Below, piece by piece: positions 46,523-58,120 of a stretch of DNA of 64,000 nucleotides; positions within the stretch are counted from its first letter, which is position 1; each line of letters begins with the position of its first letter. Origin of the DNA: Myxococcales bacterium (GTDB lineage Bacteria; Myxococcota_A; Polyangia; Polyangiales; DASUME01); NCBI GenBank assembly GCA_047601445.1, contig JASGJH010000001.1, positions 8,960,001 through 9,024,000 on the forward strand, written 5' to 3'. The notes under the pieces were generated by a model that was given only the letters and a program-made list of their open reading frames with translations, had not been told where the DNA came from and did not search any database. The position numbers and the translations under genes were made by a program.

Positions 46523-47059
46523 ATGGCTTCGACACGTCGAGAGGGCACGAGTTTGCGCAGGGGCGTGCTGTGGGTGAGCGCCGCGCTCGCAGCGCTCGGA
46601 ATCTACTGGATCGCGCGTGCGTTCGTGGTCGACGGACACGTGCGCTTCGGCAACCCCGTGGGCGAGGTCTTGAGCGAGCTCCCGTCCACGTTGGCCGCTC
46701 CGCTGCAGATTCGCGCGGAGGTCACGCTGGTCAAGGGGGAGTGCGGAGTTAGCGCCGGAGACAAGTGCGAGTTCCTGGTGGAGCAGCGGGCACGCGGAGA
46801 GGGCACCTTCTATTGCAACGCCCAGGTGACCTGCGCGGGCCGCCTGCTCTACGGTGGCCCCGACCGCGGTTACTTCGCCTGCCGCTTCTTCGAGACCCCT
46901 CAGCGTGGCGTCATGGGCAGCGATCCGAGCACCACCGGTTCGGATCAAGATGCGGCCATCCACCTCGACACACGCTCCGGCGTTCTCCGCATTTGGGATG
47001 ACGGGCGCGGCCCCCACGGCGCCTTCACGGTCGAGGCCGACGTTCTCTCCGCGCAATAG
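46523..47059 (+). CDS. Hypothetical membrane-anchored protein
   Basis: AGGA RBS, one TM helix, Cys-containing beta-rich domain. Confidence 0.65.
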   Translation: MASTRREGTSLRRGVLWVSAALAALGIYWIARAFVVDGHVRFGNPVGEVLSELPSTLAAPLQIRAEVTLVKGECGVSAGDKCEFLVEQRARGEGTFYCNAQVTCAGRLLYGGPDRGYFACRFFETPQRGVMGSDPSTTGSDQDAAIHLDTRSGVLRIWDDGRGPHGAFTVEADVLSAQ

Positions 47060-47065
47060 GGCAGG

Positions 47066-48469
47066 TCACGGCAACACGAGGCGTTCGACCTGGTCGGGAC
47101 TCTTCTCGAGCGCGGCGGTAAGGACCTCAGGGCCTGCGGTCGTCACGAGCACGTCGTCCTCGATGCGGATGCCGCGCACGTCCGCGTAGCGCGCAAGGCG
47201 TGTTCGATCGATGGCGTCCGCCCTGAGCCCCACGCGCGCAGGATCGGCGAGCAGCGAAGGCACCTGGTAAAAGCCGGGTTCGACGGTCACCACCATGCCC
47301 GGCTCGAGATCGCGATCCAGTCTCAAGTAGGAGAGCCCGAATTGCTGGCTTCGTACGCGGCCACTCGCGTAGCCCGCTAGGTCGCCCAGGTCTTCCATGT
47401 CGTGCACGTCGAGTCCCAAGAGGTGCCCCACGCCGTGCGGGAAAAACAGGGCATATGTGCCGTCTTCCACCAGCGCATCCACCTCGCCCCTCAGCACCCC
47501 GAGTTGACACAGACCGTCGACCAGCACGCGCGCCGCCGTCAAATGCACGTCGCGATAGCGCACGCCCGGCGCCAGTTTGGCGATGGCGGCTTCCTGCATC
47601 GCGAGCACGAGCTCGTACAACTCACGCTGGCTCGACGAGAAGCGGCCCGAGACCGGCCAAGTGCGGGTGATGTCGGAGGCGTATCCGGTGTCGCTCTCGG
47701 AGCCTACGTCGGCCAGCAAGAGGTCGCCCGCCTGCAGGGCGTGGTGGTGGTGATGGTTGTGCAGCACTTCACCGTGGACGGTGACGATCGAGCCGTAGGC
47801 CGTTCCAAAGCCAGCGCGCCCGCACACCGCCTCCATCGCAGCGCAAACCTCGCGCTCGAACCCGGCGCCGCGCGTGGCGGCCATGCCCGCGCGATGGGCT
47901 GCCACGCTCACGCTGGCTGCCCGCCGCAGCTCGGTCAGTGCTTCCGCGTCGTGGACCAGGCGCAAGGCGATCATGGCCAGCGCCAGCGCGTGGTCGGCGT
48001 CCTTGGCTTGCACAGGACGCGCAGCGCGCACGGCTCGCACGCTCGCGAGGCCTTGAGCGTGCATGCACGGCGTCAGCGCCGGGATGCGATCCCCCAGGGC
48101 GGTGCTCAACTCGCTCAGCGCTCGCACCTCCAGGCCCAGAGCTGCTGCCAGCGCTGCGCGGCCGGGCAGCGGACCGTGCCAGAGGTCATCGAAGGCGTCG
48201 CGTTCGGGCACGAACAAGGTGGCACCCGCCTCGTCCAGCAGCACCACGGCGCCCTCGAGGCCGTGGCCCACCAGGTACAGGAAGTGGCTCGAGGCGCGGA
48301 AGGCGTAGGTGTTGCCTGGGTAGTTGCGGGAGGCCGGGACGCCCGCGGGGATCAGCGCGGCAAGCCGACCTAGGCGGCCGGACAGGGCGGCTCGGCGGCG
48401 GGCGCAGGCGGCCAGCAGGGCGGTGGCGGGCAGGCCGTCGGCGGCCCCGATGAGCGATTCGTTGAGCAC
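47066..48469 (-). CDS. pepP: Xaa-Pro aminopeptidase (M24B)
   Basis: FRASSHFLYL, VLH, LLADVG, YASDITRTWP, HGVGHLLGLDVHD, TVEPGFY, GIRIEDDVLVT. Confidence 0.9.
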   Translation of the reverse strand: MLNESLIGAADGLPATALLAACARRRAALSGRLGRLAALIPAGVPASRNYPGNTYAFRASSHFLYLVGHGLEGAVVLLDEAGATLFVPERDAFDDLWHGPLPGRAALAAALGLEVRALSELSTALGDRIPALTPCMHAQGLASVRAVRAARPVQAKDADHALALAMIALRLVHDAEALTELRRAASVSVAAHRAGMAATRGAGFEREVCAAMEAVCGRAGFGTAYGSIVTVHGEVLHNHHHHHALQAGDLLLADVGSESDTGYASDITRTWPVSGRFSSSQRELYELVLAMQEAAIAKLAPGVRYRDVHLTAARVLVDGLCQLGVLRGEVDALVEDGTYALFFPHGVGHLLGLDVHDMEDLGDLAGYASGRVRSQQFGLSYLRLDRDLEPGMVVTVEPGFYQVPSLLADPARVGLRADAIDRTRLARYADVRGIRIEDDVLVTTAGPEVLTAALEKSPDQVERLVLP

Positions 48470-48660
48470 AGCGCAGTATATCCGCGGCCGGGAGGGAACA
48501 GGTAAGTGCGTGTTTGTGAGGCGCCTTAGGCCTTTCTGTGCTGTTTCCAGTCCGTAAAAAGCGACGGGGATTTCGACAAAAACGCCCATCGTCCGAACAC
48601 TTCAATTGACTGCTGCCAACCGTACCCCATAACTGTTCGGTTCCGGACCCGAGCGGACTC

Positions 48661-49212
48661 ATGAAATTAGGCGACACCCAGCTCGACGAAACTGACCGCC
48701 GCATCCTGGCCCAGCTACAGGAGGACTGTAAAGTTCCCCTGGCTCATGTCGGCAAGCGTGTGGGTCTATCCGCGCCCTCGGTCATGGAGCGGATTCGTAG
48801 GCTCGAAGAAGCCGGCATCGTGACCGGTTACTGCGCCCTGGTGGATTCGCGGCGCGTCGGCCTCGATGTGACGGCCTTTATCGGCATCTCGATGACCCCC
48901 ACGGCCATCGATCGCTTCGAGTCGCAGCTCGAGCACGTGGACGAGGTGTTGGAGTGCCACCACGTGACGGGCGCTTACACCATGTTGCTCAAGGTCAAGA
49001 CCCAGAACACCCAGACGCTCGAGCGGTTGATCAGCCGCTTGCGTTTGATGGATGGTGTGCTCAGAAGCGAAACCCTCGTCGTGCTGTCCACGCGCATGGA
49101 GCGCACCCAGTTGTCCTTGGGGATTCACGCCGACGACCCCCTGCCTGCTAAGCGAGCCAACGGCTCGAATCACAAAGATTCCAAAGTAAACGCTGAGAGC
49201 GAAGGCGAATGA
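48661..49212 (+). CDS. Lrp/AsnC family transcriptional regulator
   Basis: [15 protein letters not shown]...[33 protein letters not shown]. Confidence 0.95.
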   Translation: MKLGDTQLDETDRRILAQLQEDCKVPLAHVGKRVGLSAPSVMERIRRLEEAGIVTGYCALVDSRRVGLDVTAFIGISMTPTAIDRFESQLEHVDEVLECHHVTGAYTMLLKVKTQNTQTLERLISRLRLMDGVLRSETLVVLSTRMERTQLSLGIHADDPLPAKRANGSNHKDSKVNAESEGE

Positions 49213-49276
49213 GGCACCGCGAGCGGTGCTTGCAACTCGGAACGCGCGCGCTGCGCGTCAAGAAGGAGCGACTGTG

Positions 49277-52200
49277 ATGACTGCACCCTGGGAGCTCATC
49301 AAAGAGGCAAGCGAGAAGGGCCTCTATCGCCCAGAGACCGAGCACGATGCCTGCGGCGTCGGGTTCGTTGCGAACATCAAGGGCGTGCGCTCCCACGCGA
49401 TCGTGGAGCAGGCCCTGCAGGTGCTCGCCCACATGGAGCATCGCGGAGGTTGTGGCTGCGACCCACTGACCAGCGACGGCGCGGGCATCCTGTTCCAGAT
49501 TCCCTTCCGCTTCATGGGGGAAGAGGCCAAGCGACTCGGCTTCAGCCTGCCGCGCCCCGGTCAGTACGGCCTCGGCATGGTGTTCTTGCCCCAGGACGAA
49601 GAGAAGCGTGACGAGTGCATTCAGCTCGTGGACCGCGTCATCCGCAAGGAGTCCCAGACGCTGCTCGGCTGGCGCGACGTGCCAGTGGACGTGTCCAAGG
49701 CGGGCCCGCTGGCGCTCGAGTCCCTGCCCGTGATCCGTCAGCTCTTCATCAAGGGCAACGAGCAGGTCGATGACGAGCGTGAGCTCGAGCGTCGGCTCTA
49801 CGTGGTGCGCAAGCGCATCGAGCAGGTGGCGCGCGAGGCAGGCCTGTCGGGTCCCGGCGGCGGCTTCTACATCTGTTCGTTCTCGTCGCGCACGGTGGTC
49901 TACAAGGGTTTGCTCCTGCCCGAGCAGATGTCGCCCTTCTTCCTCGACCTGCAGGACCCGCGCGTGGAGAGCGCGCTGGCGGTGGTGCACTCGCGCTTCA
50001 GCACGAACACCTTCCCCACCTGGGAGCGTTCGCACCCCTACCGCATGATCGCCCACAACGGCGAGATCAACACCCTGCGCGGCAACGTGAACTGGATGCA
50101 CGCGCGCGAGAAGGCGCTCGAGTCTCCGCTGTTCGGCGACGACCTCGACAAGCTCACGCCCGTGATCGACGACAACGGCTCGGACTCGGCGATGTTCGAC
50201 AACGCCCTCGAGTTCCTGGTGCAGACCGGTCGCGAGCTGCCCCACGCCATGATGATGATGATCCCCGAGGCGTGGCAGAAGCACGAGAGCATGTCGGAGG
50301 AGGAGCGGGCTTTCTACCGCTACCACGCCTGCTTGATCGAGCCCTGGGACGGTCCGGCCTCCATGGCCTTCACCGATGGCCGTGTGATCGGCGCCTGTCT
50401 GGACCGCAACGGTCTGCGTCCCTCGCGCTTCTACGTCACGCACGACGACATGGTGATCATGGCGTCCGAGGCGGGCGTGCTGCCCGTGGATCCCAAGAAC
50501 GTCAAGTTCAAGAACCGTCTGCAGCCCGGCCGCATGTTCCTGGTGGACACCGAGGCTGGTCGCATCATCGACGACCGCGAGCTCAAGCAGCGTATGGCGG
50601 CACGTAAGCCCTACCAGGCGTGGCTCAAGGAGAACCTGCTCACGCTCGAGGACCTGCCCACGCCGGTCGCCAAGCGCGAGTCGCTGTTCCCGCCGGCCTC
50701 GCCCGATCGCCGCATGTCCGACATGCAGATGCACGGCTACTCCATGGAGGATCTGGACGTGCTGATCGCGCCGATGGCGCAGAACGGCGAGGAACCCACG
50801 GGGTCCATGGGCAACGACACGCCCCTGGCCGTGTTGTCCGACCGTCCGCAGGTCCTGTTCCAGTACTTCAAGCAGTTGTTCGCCCAGGTGACCAACCCGC
50901 CGATCGACCCGATCCGCGAGGAGTTGGTGATGTCTCTCAAGACGTACCTCGGCGCGCACGCGAACCTGTTCGCCGAGACGCCTGCCCACAGCCGCTTGAT
51001 CGAGCTCGATCACCCGGTGCTCACCAACGAGGAGCTCGAGAAGCTGCGCGGCCTCGAGGACGAGGAGAACAACAACGGCAGCGTGAAGGACTTCCGCTCC
51101 GCCACGCTCAACGCGACCTTCCGCGCCGACAAGCACGGCGATGGACTGGCGCGCGCGCTCGACAAGCTGTGCCGCGACGCCTCGGACGCCATCGAAGACG
51201 GCGTCAGCGTGATCATCCTGTCGGACCGGGCGGCCAACGAGAAGATGGCCCCCATCCCCAGCCTGCTGGCCGTGTCCGCCGTGCACCATCACCTGATGCG
51301 CGTCGGCACCCGCACCAAGTGCGGTCTGGTGGTGGAGTCCGGTGAGCCCCGCGAGGTGCACCACTTCGCGTTGCTGGTCGGCTACGGCGCCAGCGCGGTG
51401 AACCCCTACCTCGCCTACGAGGCCATCGACCAGCTCATCGAGCAGGGCACGGTGAAGCTGCCGCGTGACAAGGCCATCTACAACTACCGCAAGGCGGTGG
51501 GTAAGGGCCTGCTCAAGGTGATGAGCAAGATGGGCATCAGCACCCTGCAGAGCTATCAGGGCGCCCAGATCTTCGAGGCCATCGGGCTCAAGAAGGACTT
51601 CGTCGACCGCTACTTCACCTGGACCCCCACCCGCATCGAGGGCGTGGGTCTCGAGGTCATCGCCGAGGAGTCCCGTCGTCGTCACCACTACGCGTTCCAG
51701 GTGCGGCTGCACCTGTTCGATCCACTCGACCCCGGTGGTCAGTACAAGTGGCGTCGCCGCGGTGAGCGCCACCAGTACAACCCGGAGACCGTGCCCGCGC
51801 TGCAGCACGCGGTGCGCGCCGGCAGCTACAAGATGTGGAAGAAGTACTCGGACCTCGTTCACGAGGAGAACCAGCGCCTCTTCACCATCCGCGGCCTGTT
51901 GACCTTCAAGGAAGGCGAGTCCGTGCCGTTGGCCGAGGTCGAGCCCGCCACGGAGATCGTCAAGCGCTTCAAGACGGGCGCCATGTCGTTCGGCTCCATC
52001 TCGAAGGAAGCCCACGAGAACCTGGCCATCGCCATGAACCGCCTCGGCGGTCGCTCGAACACGGGCGAGGGCGGCGAAGACCCGTCCCGCTACATCCCCG
52101 ACGCCAACGGCGACTCGCGTCGTTCGGCCATCAAGCAGGTGGCCTCGGGGCGCTTCGGCGTCACCTCGCACTACCTGGTCAACGCGGACGAGCTCCAGAT

Positions 52201-53872
52201 CAAGATGGCCCAGGGAGCCAAGCCCGGTGAAGGCGGCCAGCTGCCCGGTCACAAGGTCGACGACCTGATCGCGCGCCTGCGTTACTCCACGCCCGGCGTG
52301 GGCCTGATCTCGCCCCCACCGCACCACGACATCTACTCCATCGAGGATCTCGCTCAGCTGATCCACGACCTCAAGTGCTCCAACGACAAGGCGCGCATCA
52401 GCGTGAAGCTGGTGAGCGAAGTGGGCGTGGGCACCATCGCGGCCGGTGTCTCCAAGGCCAAGGCCGACTTGGTCCTCATCGCGGGTGACACGGGCGGCAC
52501 GGGCGCTTCTCCGCTCACCTCCATCAAGCATGCGGGCCTGCCCTGGGAGCTCGGTTTGGCCGAGACCCAGCAGGTGCTCGTGATGAACAACCTGCGCGGT
52601 CGCGTGCGGCTCGAGACCGACGGTGGCGTGCGCACCGGGCGTGACGTGGCCATCGCTGCCCTGCTCGGCGCCGAGGAATTCGGCTTCGCGACCTCCGCAC
52701 TGGTGGCCAGCGGCTGCATCCTGATGCGCGTGTGTCACTTGAACACGTGCCCCGTGGGCGTGGCCACGCAGGACCCCAAGCTGCGCGAGAAATTCTCGGG
52801 CAAGCCCGAGCACGTCATCAACATGATGATGTTCATCGCGGAGGAGCTGCGCGAGATCATGGCGGAGCTCGGCTTCCGCACGGTCGACGAGATGATCGGC
52901 CGCGTGGACATGCTCGAGCGCGAAAAGGAGATCGACCACTGGAAGGCCAAGGAGATCGACCTCAGCGCGATTCTCTACTTGCCGGACGTGGGCCCCGAGG
53001 TCGCCGTGCGCTTCGTGGAGGCGCAGGATCATGCCCTGGGCGCCAAGATCGACAACGCGATGATCGAGCGCTGCAAGACCGCACTCGAGAACAAGCAGCC
53101 CGTGGTGGTGGAGATGCCCATCCGCAACGTGGACCGCACTGCGTGCACCATGTTGTCGGCCGAGGTCTCGCGTAAGTACGGCCTCGAGGGCCTGCCGCAG
53201 GACACCATCAAGCTCAAGTTCCATGGCTCGGCAGGCAACAGCTTCGCCGCGTTCCTGGCGCCCGGCATCTCCATCGAGTTGGAGGGCGACGCGAACGATT
53301 ACTTCGGCAAGGGCCTGTCGGGCGGTCGCATCGCGATCTTCCCGTCCAAGGACAGCTCCTTCATCCCCGAGCAGAACATCATCATCGGCAACGTCTCGCT
53401 GTACGGCGCGACCAGCGGCGAGGTCTACGTCCGCGGCCAGGCTGGCGAACGCTTCGGCGTGCGCAACAGCGGCGCTATCGCCGTCGTCGAGGGCGTGGGC
53501 GACCATGGCTGCGAGTACATGACGCGCGGCACGGTGGTGGTGCTCGGACCCACGGGCCGTAACTTCGCGGCCGGCATGAGCGGCGGCGTGGCCTACGTGC
53601 TCGACAAGGACGGGTTGTTCCGCTCCAACGTCAACACGCAGTCGGTGGAGCTCGAAGCGCTCGACGCCGAGGACCAGCTCACGGTGCGCGCTCTTATCGA
53701 GAAGCACATCGCGGAGACCAAGAGCGAGCACGCCAAGCGCATCCTCGAGAACTTCGAGCGCGAGGCGAAGCACTTCATCAAGGTGATGCCCACCGACTAC
53801 AAGCGTGTGCTTGCCGAGAAGAAACAGAAGCACGTTGTGCCCGTGCTCAAGCTGGCCGCAGCCACCGTTTGA
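49277..53872 (+). CDS. gltB: Glutamate synthase large subunit
   Basis: [92 protein letters not shown] domain. AAGGAG RBS. Confidence 0.99.
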   Translation: MTAPWELIKEASEKGLYRPETEHDACGVGFVANIKGVRSHAIVEQALQVLAHMEHRGGCGCDPLTSDGAGILFQIPFRFMGEEAKRLGFSLPRPGQYGLGMVFLPQDEEKRDECIQLVDRVIRKESQTLLGWRDVPVDVSKAGPLALESLPVIRQLFIKGNEQVDDERELERRLYVVRKRIEQVAREAGLSGPGGGFYICSFSSRTVVYKGLLLPEQMSPFFLDLQDPRVESALAVVHSRFSTNTFPTWERSHPYRMIAHNGEINTLRGNVNWMHAREKALESPLFGDDLDKLTPVIDDNGSDSAMFDNALEFLVQTGRELPHAMMMMIPEAWQKHESMSEEERAFYRYHACLIEPWDGPASMAFTDGRVIGACLDRNGLRPSRFYVTHDDMVIMASEAGVLPVDPKNVKFKNRLQPGRMFLVDTEAGRIIDDRELKQRMAARKPYQAWLKENLLTLEDLPTPVAKRESLFPPASPDRRMSDMQMHGYSMEDLDVLIAPMAQNGEEPTGSMGNDTPLAVLSDRPQVLFQYFKQLFAQVTNPPIDPIREELVMSLKTYLGAHANLFAETPAHSRLIELDHPVLTNEELEKLRGLEDEENNNGSVKDFRSATLNATFRADKHGDGLARALDKLCRDASDAIEDGVSVIILSDRAANEKMAPIPSLLAVSAVHHHLMRVGTRTKCGLVVESGEPREVHHFALLVGYGASAVNPYLAYEAIDQLIEQGTVKLPRDKAIYNYRKAVGKGLLKVMSKMGISTLQSYQGAQIFEAIGLKKDFVDRYFTWTPTRIEGVGLEVIAEESRRRHHYAFQVRLHLFDPLDPGGQYKWRRRGERHQYNPETVPALQHAVRAGSYKMWKKYSDLVHEENQRLFTIRGLLTFKEGESVPLAEVEPATEIVKRFKTGAMSFGSISKEAHENLAIAMNRLGGRSNTGEGGEDPSRYIPDANGDSRRSAIKQVASGRFGVTSHYLVNADELQIKMAQGAKPGEGGQLPGHKVDDLIARLRYSTPGVGLISPPPHHDIYSIEDLAQLIHDLKCSNDKARISVKLVSEVGVGTIAAGVSKAKADLVLIAGDTGGTGASPLTSIKHAGLPWELGLAETQQVLVMNNLRGRVRLETDGGVRTGRDVAIAALLGAEEFGFATSALVASGCILMRVCHLNTCPVGVATQDPKLREKFSGKPEHVINMMMFIAEELREIMAELGFRTVDEMIGRVDMLEREKEIDHWKAKEIDLSAILYLPDVGPEVAVRFVEAQDHALGAKIDNAMIERCKTALENKQPVVVEMPIRNVDRTACTMLSAEVSRKYGLEGLPQDTIKLKFHGSAGNSFAAFLAPGISIELEGDANDYFGKGLSGGRIAIFPSKDSSFIPEQNIIIGNVSLYGATSGEVYVRGQAGERFGVRNSGAIAVVEGVGDHGCEYMTRGTVVVLGPTGRNFAAGMSGGVAYVLDKDGLFRSNVNTQSVELEALDAEDQLTVRALIEKHIAETKSEHAKRILENFEREAKHFIKVMPTDYKRVLAEKKQKHVVPVLKLAAATV

Positions 53873-53887
53873 TGAGGACGAAGAACC

Positions 53888-55354
53888 ATGGGTAAGCTCA
53901 GAGGCTTTCTAGAGTACGAGCGCAAGGTTCCGAAGCGCCTGCCGATCGCAGAGCGTCTCACCAACTGGAGCGAGTTCGAGAAGAAGCTGGACGACGGCGA
54001 GCTCGCCAAGCAGGGCGGGCGCTGCATGGACTGCGGCATCCCGTTCTGTCACAAGGGCTGTCCGCTCGGGAACATCATCCCGGACTGGAACCACTTCACG
54101 TACCTGGGGAAGCCGGAGGAGGCCATCGACCGCCTCCACTCGACCAACAACTTCCCCGAGTTCACGGGGCGCGTGTGCCCTGCGCCTTGCGAGGAAGCCT
54201 GCGTCCTCAACATCAACGACAACCCGGTCACCATCAAGCTCATCGAGAAGCAGACCGCAGACAAAGGCTTCAGCCTGGGCCTCGTGAAGCCCGAGCCGCC
54301 CGAGTTCAAGACTGGTAAGACCGTGGCCGTGGTGGGCTCCGGACCCGCTGGCCTCGCGGCAGCTCAGCAGCTGGCGCGCGCGGGTCACGACGTCACGGTG
54401 TTCGAGCGCGCGGACCGCATCGGCGGCCTCCTGCGCTACGGCATCCCGGACTTCAAGATGGAGAAGGATCTCATCGATCGCCGCCTCGCGCAGATGGTCG
54501 AGGAGGGCGTGACCTTCAAGACGAGCGTCAACGTGGGCGTGGACATCACGGCGGCAGAGCTGCGCGAGCAGTTCGACGCGGTCGTGTTGGCCGGCGGCGC
54601 CACGCAGGCGCGCGAACTGCCCGTCGAGGGACGTGAGCTCAAGGGAGTCCATCTCGCGATGGAGTTCCTCACGCAGCAGAACCAGGTGGTCGCCGGTGAC
54701 AGCCTGCCCGACCAGATCAAGGCCACTGGCAAGCGCGTGGTCATCCTGGGGGGTGGCGACACTGGCTCCGACTGCCTCGGCACCTCGCACCGACACGGTG
54801 CCGCTCACGTCGCGCAGTACGAACTCATGGAGTGCCCGCCCGACCAGGAGAACAAGCCCCTGGTGTGGCCGAACTGGCCCATCAAGCTGCGCACCTCGAG
54901 CTCCCAGGAAGAGGGTGGTGATCGCGACTACGCCATCTTGACCAAGGGCTTCAGCGGCGACGCCGAGGGCAACGTCAAGAAGCTGCACGGAGTTCGCGTG
55001 CAGTGGATCACCGACGCCGATGGTCGCAGCAAGATGAGCGAAGTACCCGGTTCCGAGTTCGAAGAGGACGTGGACTTGGTATTGCTCGCGATGGGTTTCA
55101 CGGGTCCCGAAAAGGGAGCGCTGATCAAGGACCTCAAGCTCGAGCTCGATGAGCGCGGCAACGTCAAGGCCGACGAGAGCTACGAGACGAGCGTCGAGGG
55201 CGTGTTCGCCTGTGGAGACTTGCGGCGCGGTCAGTCGCTCGTAGTTTGGGCTATCTGGGAAGGCCGCGAAGCCGCCCGCGGTGTCGACGCGTTCCTGCGT
55301 GGTCACACGGATCTGCCTGGAAGTCCTCTGATGGCCGGCGGCCGCTCGCGCTGA
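53888..55354 (+). CDS. gltD: Glutamate synthase small subunit
   Basis: [59 protein letters not shown]. Confidence 0.98.
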   Translation: MGKLRGFLEYERKVPKRLPIAERLTNWSEFEKKLDDGELAKQGGRCMDCGIPFCHKGCPLGNIIPDWNHFTYLGKPEEAIDRLHSTNNFPEFTGRVCPAPCEEACVLNINDNPVTIKLIEKQTADKGFSLGLVKPEPPEFKTGKTVAVVGSGPAGLAAAQQLARAGHDVTVFERADRIGGLLRYGIPDFKMEKDLIDRRLAQMVEEGVTFKTSVNVGVDITAAELREQFDAVVLAGGATQARELPVEGRELKGVHLAMEFLTQQNQVVAGDSLPDQIKATGKRVVILGGGDTGSDCLGTSHRHGAAHVAQYELMECPPDQENKPLVWPNWPIKLRTSSSQEEGGDRDYAILTKGFSGDAEGNVKKLHGVRVQWITDADGRSKMSEVPGSEFEEDVDLVLLAMGFTGPEKGALIKDLKLELDERGNVKADESYETSVEGVFACGDLRRGQSLVVWAIWEGREAARGVDAFLRGHTDLPGSPLMAGGRSR

Positions 55355-55478
55355 TCGCTTCGGCGCACATCATCGAGTCCACCGCGAAACCATTCCTCAC
55401 GCGCGCCGATCGCGGCGTGCGTGAGATCCCGTTCGCGCACGGGGAAGGGCGTCTGTTACGATCACGTAAAGACCGCCG

Positions 55479-55850
55479 ATGGAACTCGCCATCTCCACGA
55501 CTCCGGAACAAGCAGTCGACCATCAAGCGCTGGATAATCTCAAGGCAATCGGCGGCGACGACCCGGCGTTCGTGAGCGAGATGATCGAGCTCTTCCTCGA
55601 GCAGGCCCCGCGCCATCTCGACACGATTCGGTCCGCGCTGGCGGCTGGGGATGCGCTAGCGATCACAAAGGCCGCGCACCACGTGAAGTCGTCCAGCTTC
55701 TATCTGGGAGCAAGGCGTCTCTCCGCGCTGTGTGCTCAAACGGAGACACTCGCGCGCACTGGAAACGCCATCGCCGTGACCGAGCTGATCACGGCGATGA
55801 TGGTGGAGTTCGAGATGGTTCGGCGCGCTCTGCGGGCTCAGGACGCCTGA
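55479..55850 (+). CDS. Stand-alone Hpt (histidine phosphotransfer) domain protein
   Basis: GGDDPAFVSEMIELFL...AAHHVKSSSFYLGARRLSALCAQTE. Confidence 0.88.
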   Translation: MELAISTTPEQAVDHQALDNLKAIGGDDPAFVSEMIELFLEQAPRHLDTIRSALAAGDALAITKAAHHVKSSSFYLGARRLSALCAQTETLARTGNAIAVTELITAMMVEFEMVRRALRAQDA

Positions 55851-55885
55851 CGGGTGTCCGAGAAACAGACGCCTGACGGGCGTCC
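55842..55885. repeat. Tandem 18-bp palindromic direct repeat
   Basis: GACGCCTGACGGGTGTCC (55842-55859) and GACGCCTGACGGGCGTCC (55868-55885). Confidence 0.7.
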
Positions 55886-55900
55886 TCCAAAGCGGTGCGC

Positions 55901-56815
55901 TCAGGTACCGGTGGCTGCAGAAGCGTCAGCAGTGATGGCCGGGTTCACCACGGGGTTCTGCGCATTGGTGTAGTCGTAGATGCCGCGGCCGGCCTTGCGA
56001 CCGAGGTGTCCTGCGAGCACCAGGCGGCGCAGCAGGGCCGGCGAGCGGTAGCGCTGGTCGCGGAGCTCGGTCTGCATGGTCTTGGCCATGGCGAGCACCA
56101 CGTCGAGGCCGATGAGGTCGGCCAGGGACAGCGGACCCATCGGGTGGCCACAGCCGAGCTTCATCGCAGTGTCGATGGCATCGGGGCTCGCTACGCCCTC
56201 CTCGAGGGTCTCGATGGCGTGCAGCATGTACGGAACCAGCAAGCGATTGACGACGTAGCCGGGCAGGTCCTGGATCAGGACGGGCGTCTTCTCGATCTGG
56301 GTGCAGAAATCGGTCGCGAGCTTGGTGACGGCGGCGTCGGTGGTGGGCACCGGGCTGACCTCCACGAGCTTCATCGCGGGCACGGGGTTGAAGAAGTGCA
56401 AGCCCAGGAAGCGCTCCGGGCGCTTGAGGAAGGCGGCCAGGTCGCGCAGGCGCAGCGACGAGGTGTTGGTGGTGAGCACGGCATTCTCACCCAAGTGCGC
56501 TTCCACCTTGGCGAGTACGTCGCCCTTGAGCGCGAGATCCTCGACGCAGGACTCCACCACCAGTTCAGCCGACGCGATGTCCGCCAGGTCCTGGGAGAAG
56601 CGGATGCGACCCATGATCGCGTCACGCGCTTCGGCGCTCAGCTTGCCGCGCTCGACGCGACGATCGAGGCCCTTCTGAATGGTGCGGCGCGGGGCGTCGA
56701 GGTCGCCTGCGGTGAGCTTGATGCCTACAACTTGCACACCGGAGGTCGCGGCACTCTCCATGATCCCGAGGCCCATTTGCCCGCATCCGATCACTGCAAT
56801 CTTCTCGATGGCCAT
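55901..56815 (-). CDS. hbd: 3-hydroxybutyryl-CoA dehydrogenase
   Basis: VIGCGQMG, VESCVEDL, TNTSSL, GLHFFNP, PGYVVNRLL, HPMGPL, GRKAGRGIY. Confidence 0.93.
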   Translation of the reverse strand: MAIEKIAVIGCGQMGLGIMESAATSGVQVVGIKLTAGDLDAPRRTIQKGLDRRVERGKLSAEARDAIMGRIRFSQDLADIASAELVVESCVEDLALKGDVLAKVEAHLGENAVLTTNTSSLRLRDLAAFLKRPERFLGLHFFNPVPAMKLVEVSPVPTTDAAVTKLATDFCTQIEKTPVLIQDLPGYVVNRLLVPYMLHAIETLEEGVASPDAIDTAMKLGCGHPMGPLSLADLIGLDVVLAMAKTMQTELRDQRYRSPALLRRLVLAGHLGRKAGRGIYDYTNAQNPVVNPAITADASAATGT

Positions 56816-57063
56816 GCGCTTCTCCCGTGTCGGCGACGTCGACTTTACACGTTCACCGCGATTGGGATGTAACGTGGTTGATCCGTCGGGTCAAGGGGCT
56901 GAAACCGCGCAAATCACGGGCCAATCTACAGGAATCGGGTGCGAACGGGGGCTTTACAAGTCAACGGGTCTGTAAACTCGGGCACTTTGGGGTGCCAATG
57001 TGGGCGGATCGGGCGAGTTCAGTGGCGGGGCTCACGAGAAGAGCGCAGTCGGGACCTTGCCGA

Positions 57064-58056
57064 CTACCAGGACAGCACCAACTTCCCGATCACCTCGTCG
57101 GCTTCGAGCCGACGGTGGGCCTCTCGAATTTCTGTCATCGGCATCACCTCGGCGATCACGGGCTTGAGCAGGCCGCGCTCGAACAGCGGCACCACGGAGC
57201 GCGCAAAGGCCTGGGCCAAGGCCGCCTTCTCTTCGAGCGGGCGACTGCGCAGCACGCTTCCACGCAGGCTCACGCGCTTGGCGACCACCAGGCCGAGCGG
57301 CAGCTCCGCCTTCACGCCTCCCAGGAGACCGATCGTCACGATGCGTCCACCGTTGGCCGCGGCCTTCACGTTCTCCGCCAGGTACTTCGCGCCCACGGTG
57401 TCGAGGATGACGTCGGCCAGCGCGCCCTGGGTAGCACCCTTGAGCTGCTCGGCGAAGCCCTGCTCATTCGGAACGATACCGTGCTCCAGACCGAGCTCCT
57501 TCACGCGCTCGAGCTTCTCCTGGCTGCGCGAGGTGCCGATCGGCAGCGCCCCTACCGCCAAGGCCAGCTGCAGCGCCGCGGTTCCCACTCCGCTGGCGAC
57601 GGCGTGGATCAGCACGCGTTCGCCCATCACCAGGCCCGCCTGCAAGAACATGGCGTCGTAGGCCGTCATGAACACTTCGGGGATGGCTGCCGCATCCACC
57701 AGGCTCACGCCGCGTGGGACTCTCACGAGCTCACGCTCGTGCATCACCAGGTGGGTGGCCATGGCGCCGCCAGCACAGATGCCCATCACCTCGTCGCCCA
57801 GCTTGAAGCCGCGAACGTCGGCGCCGATTTTGGCGACCTTGCCGGAGAACTCGAGGCCCGGCACATCGGGCACCGTGCCAGCAGGCGCCGGATAGACACC
57901 CTTCCGCTGCAGGGCATCGGCGCGGTTGAGGCCGGAGGCGGCGATTTGCACGAGCACCTCCTGGGCACCCGGGTCGCGTACTTGGATCTCGCCGAGACTC
58001 AGGACCTCGGGACCTCCGGCTTGCGTGATTCGAACGGCGCGGCTGAGCGTGGACAT
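57064..58056 (-). CDS. NAD(P)H:quinone oxidoreductase (zeta-crystallin/PIG3 family)
   Basis: GGPEVL, GLNRADALQRKGVYP, PGLEFSG, IPEVFMTAY, IHAVASGVG, GSVLRSR, IGKLVL. Confidence 0.93.
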   Translation of the reverse strand: MSTLSRAVRITQAGGPEVLSLGEIQVRDPGAQEVLVQIAASGLNRADALQRKGVYPAPAGTVPDVPGLEFSGKVAKIGADVRGFKLGDEVMGICAGGAMATHLVMHERELVRVPRGVSLVDAAAIPEVFMTAYDAMFLQAGLVMGERVLIHAVASGVGTAALQLALAVGALPIGTSRSQEKLERVKELGLEHGIVPNEQGFAEQLKGATQGALADVILDTVGAKYLAENVKAAANGGRIVTIGLLGGVKAELPLGLVVAKRVSLRGSVLRSRPLEEKAALAQAFARSVVPLFERGLLKPVIAEVMPMTEIREAHRRLEADEVIGKLVLSW

Positions 58057-58120
58057 GGCCCGAGCGTAGAGCCGTGCTGCGGCCGGGCAAGTCCGCGCCA
58101 GCCCGACCGTGCCTGAAAGT

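Noticed and set aside
49148..53833. 1561-aa ORF antisense to gltB, and similar long antisense or alternate-frame ORFs (e.g. 40292-42700, 53909-55306, 20398-21765, 23964-25673)
   Set aside because: Shadow ORFs expected from high-GC codon bias opposite well-supported genes; no recognisable motifs.
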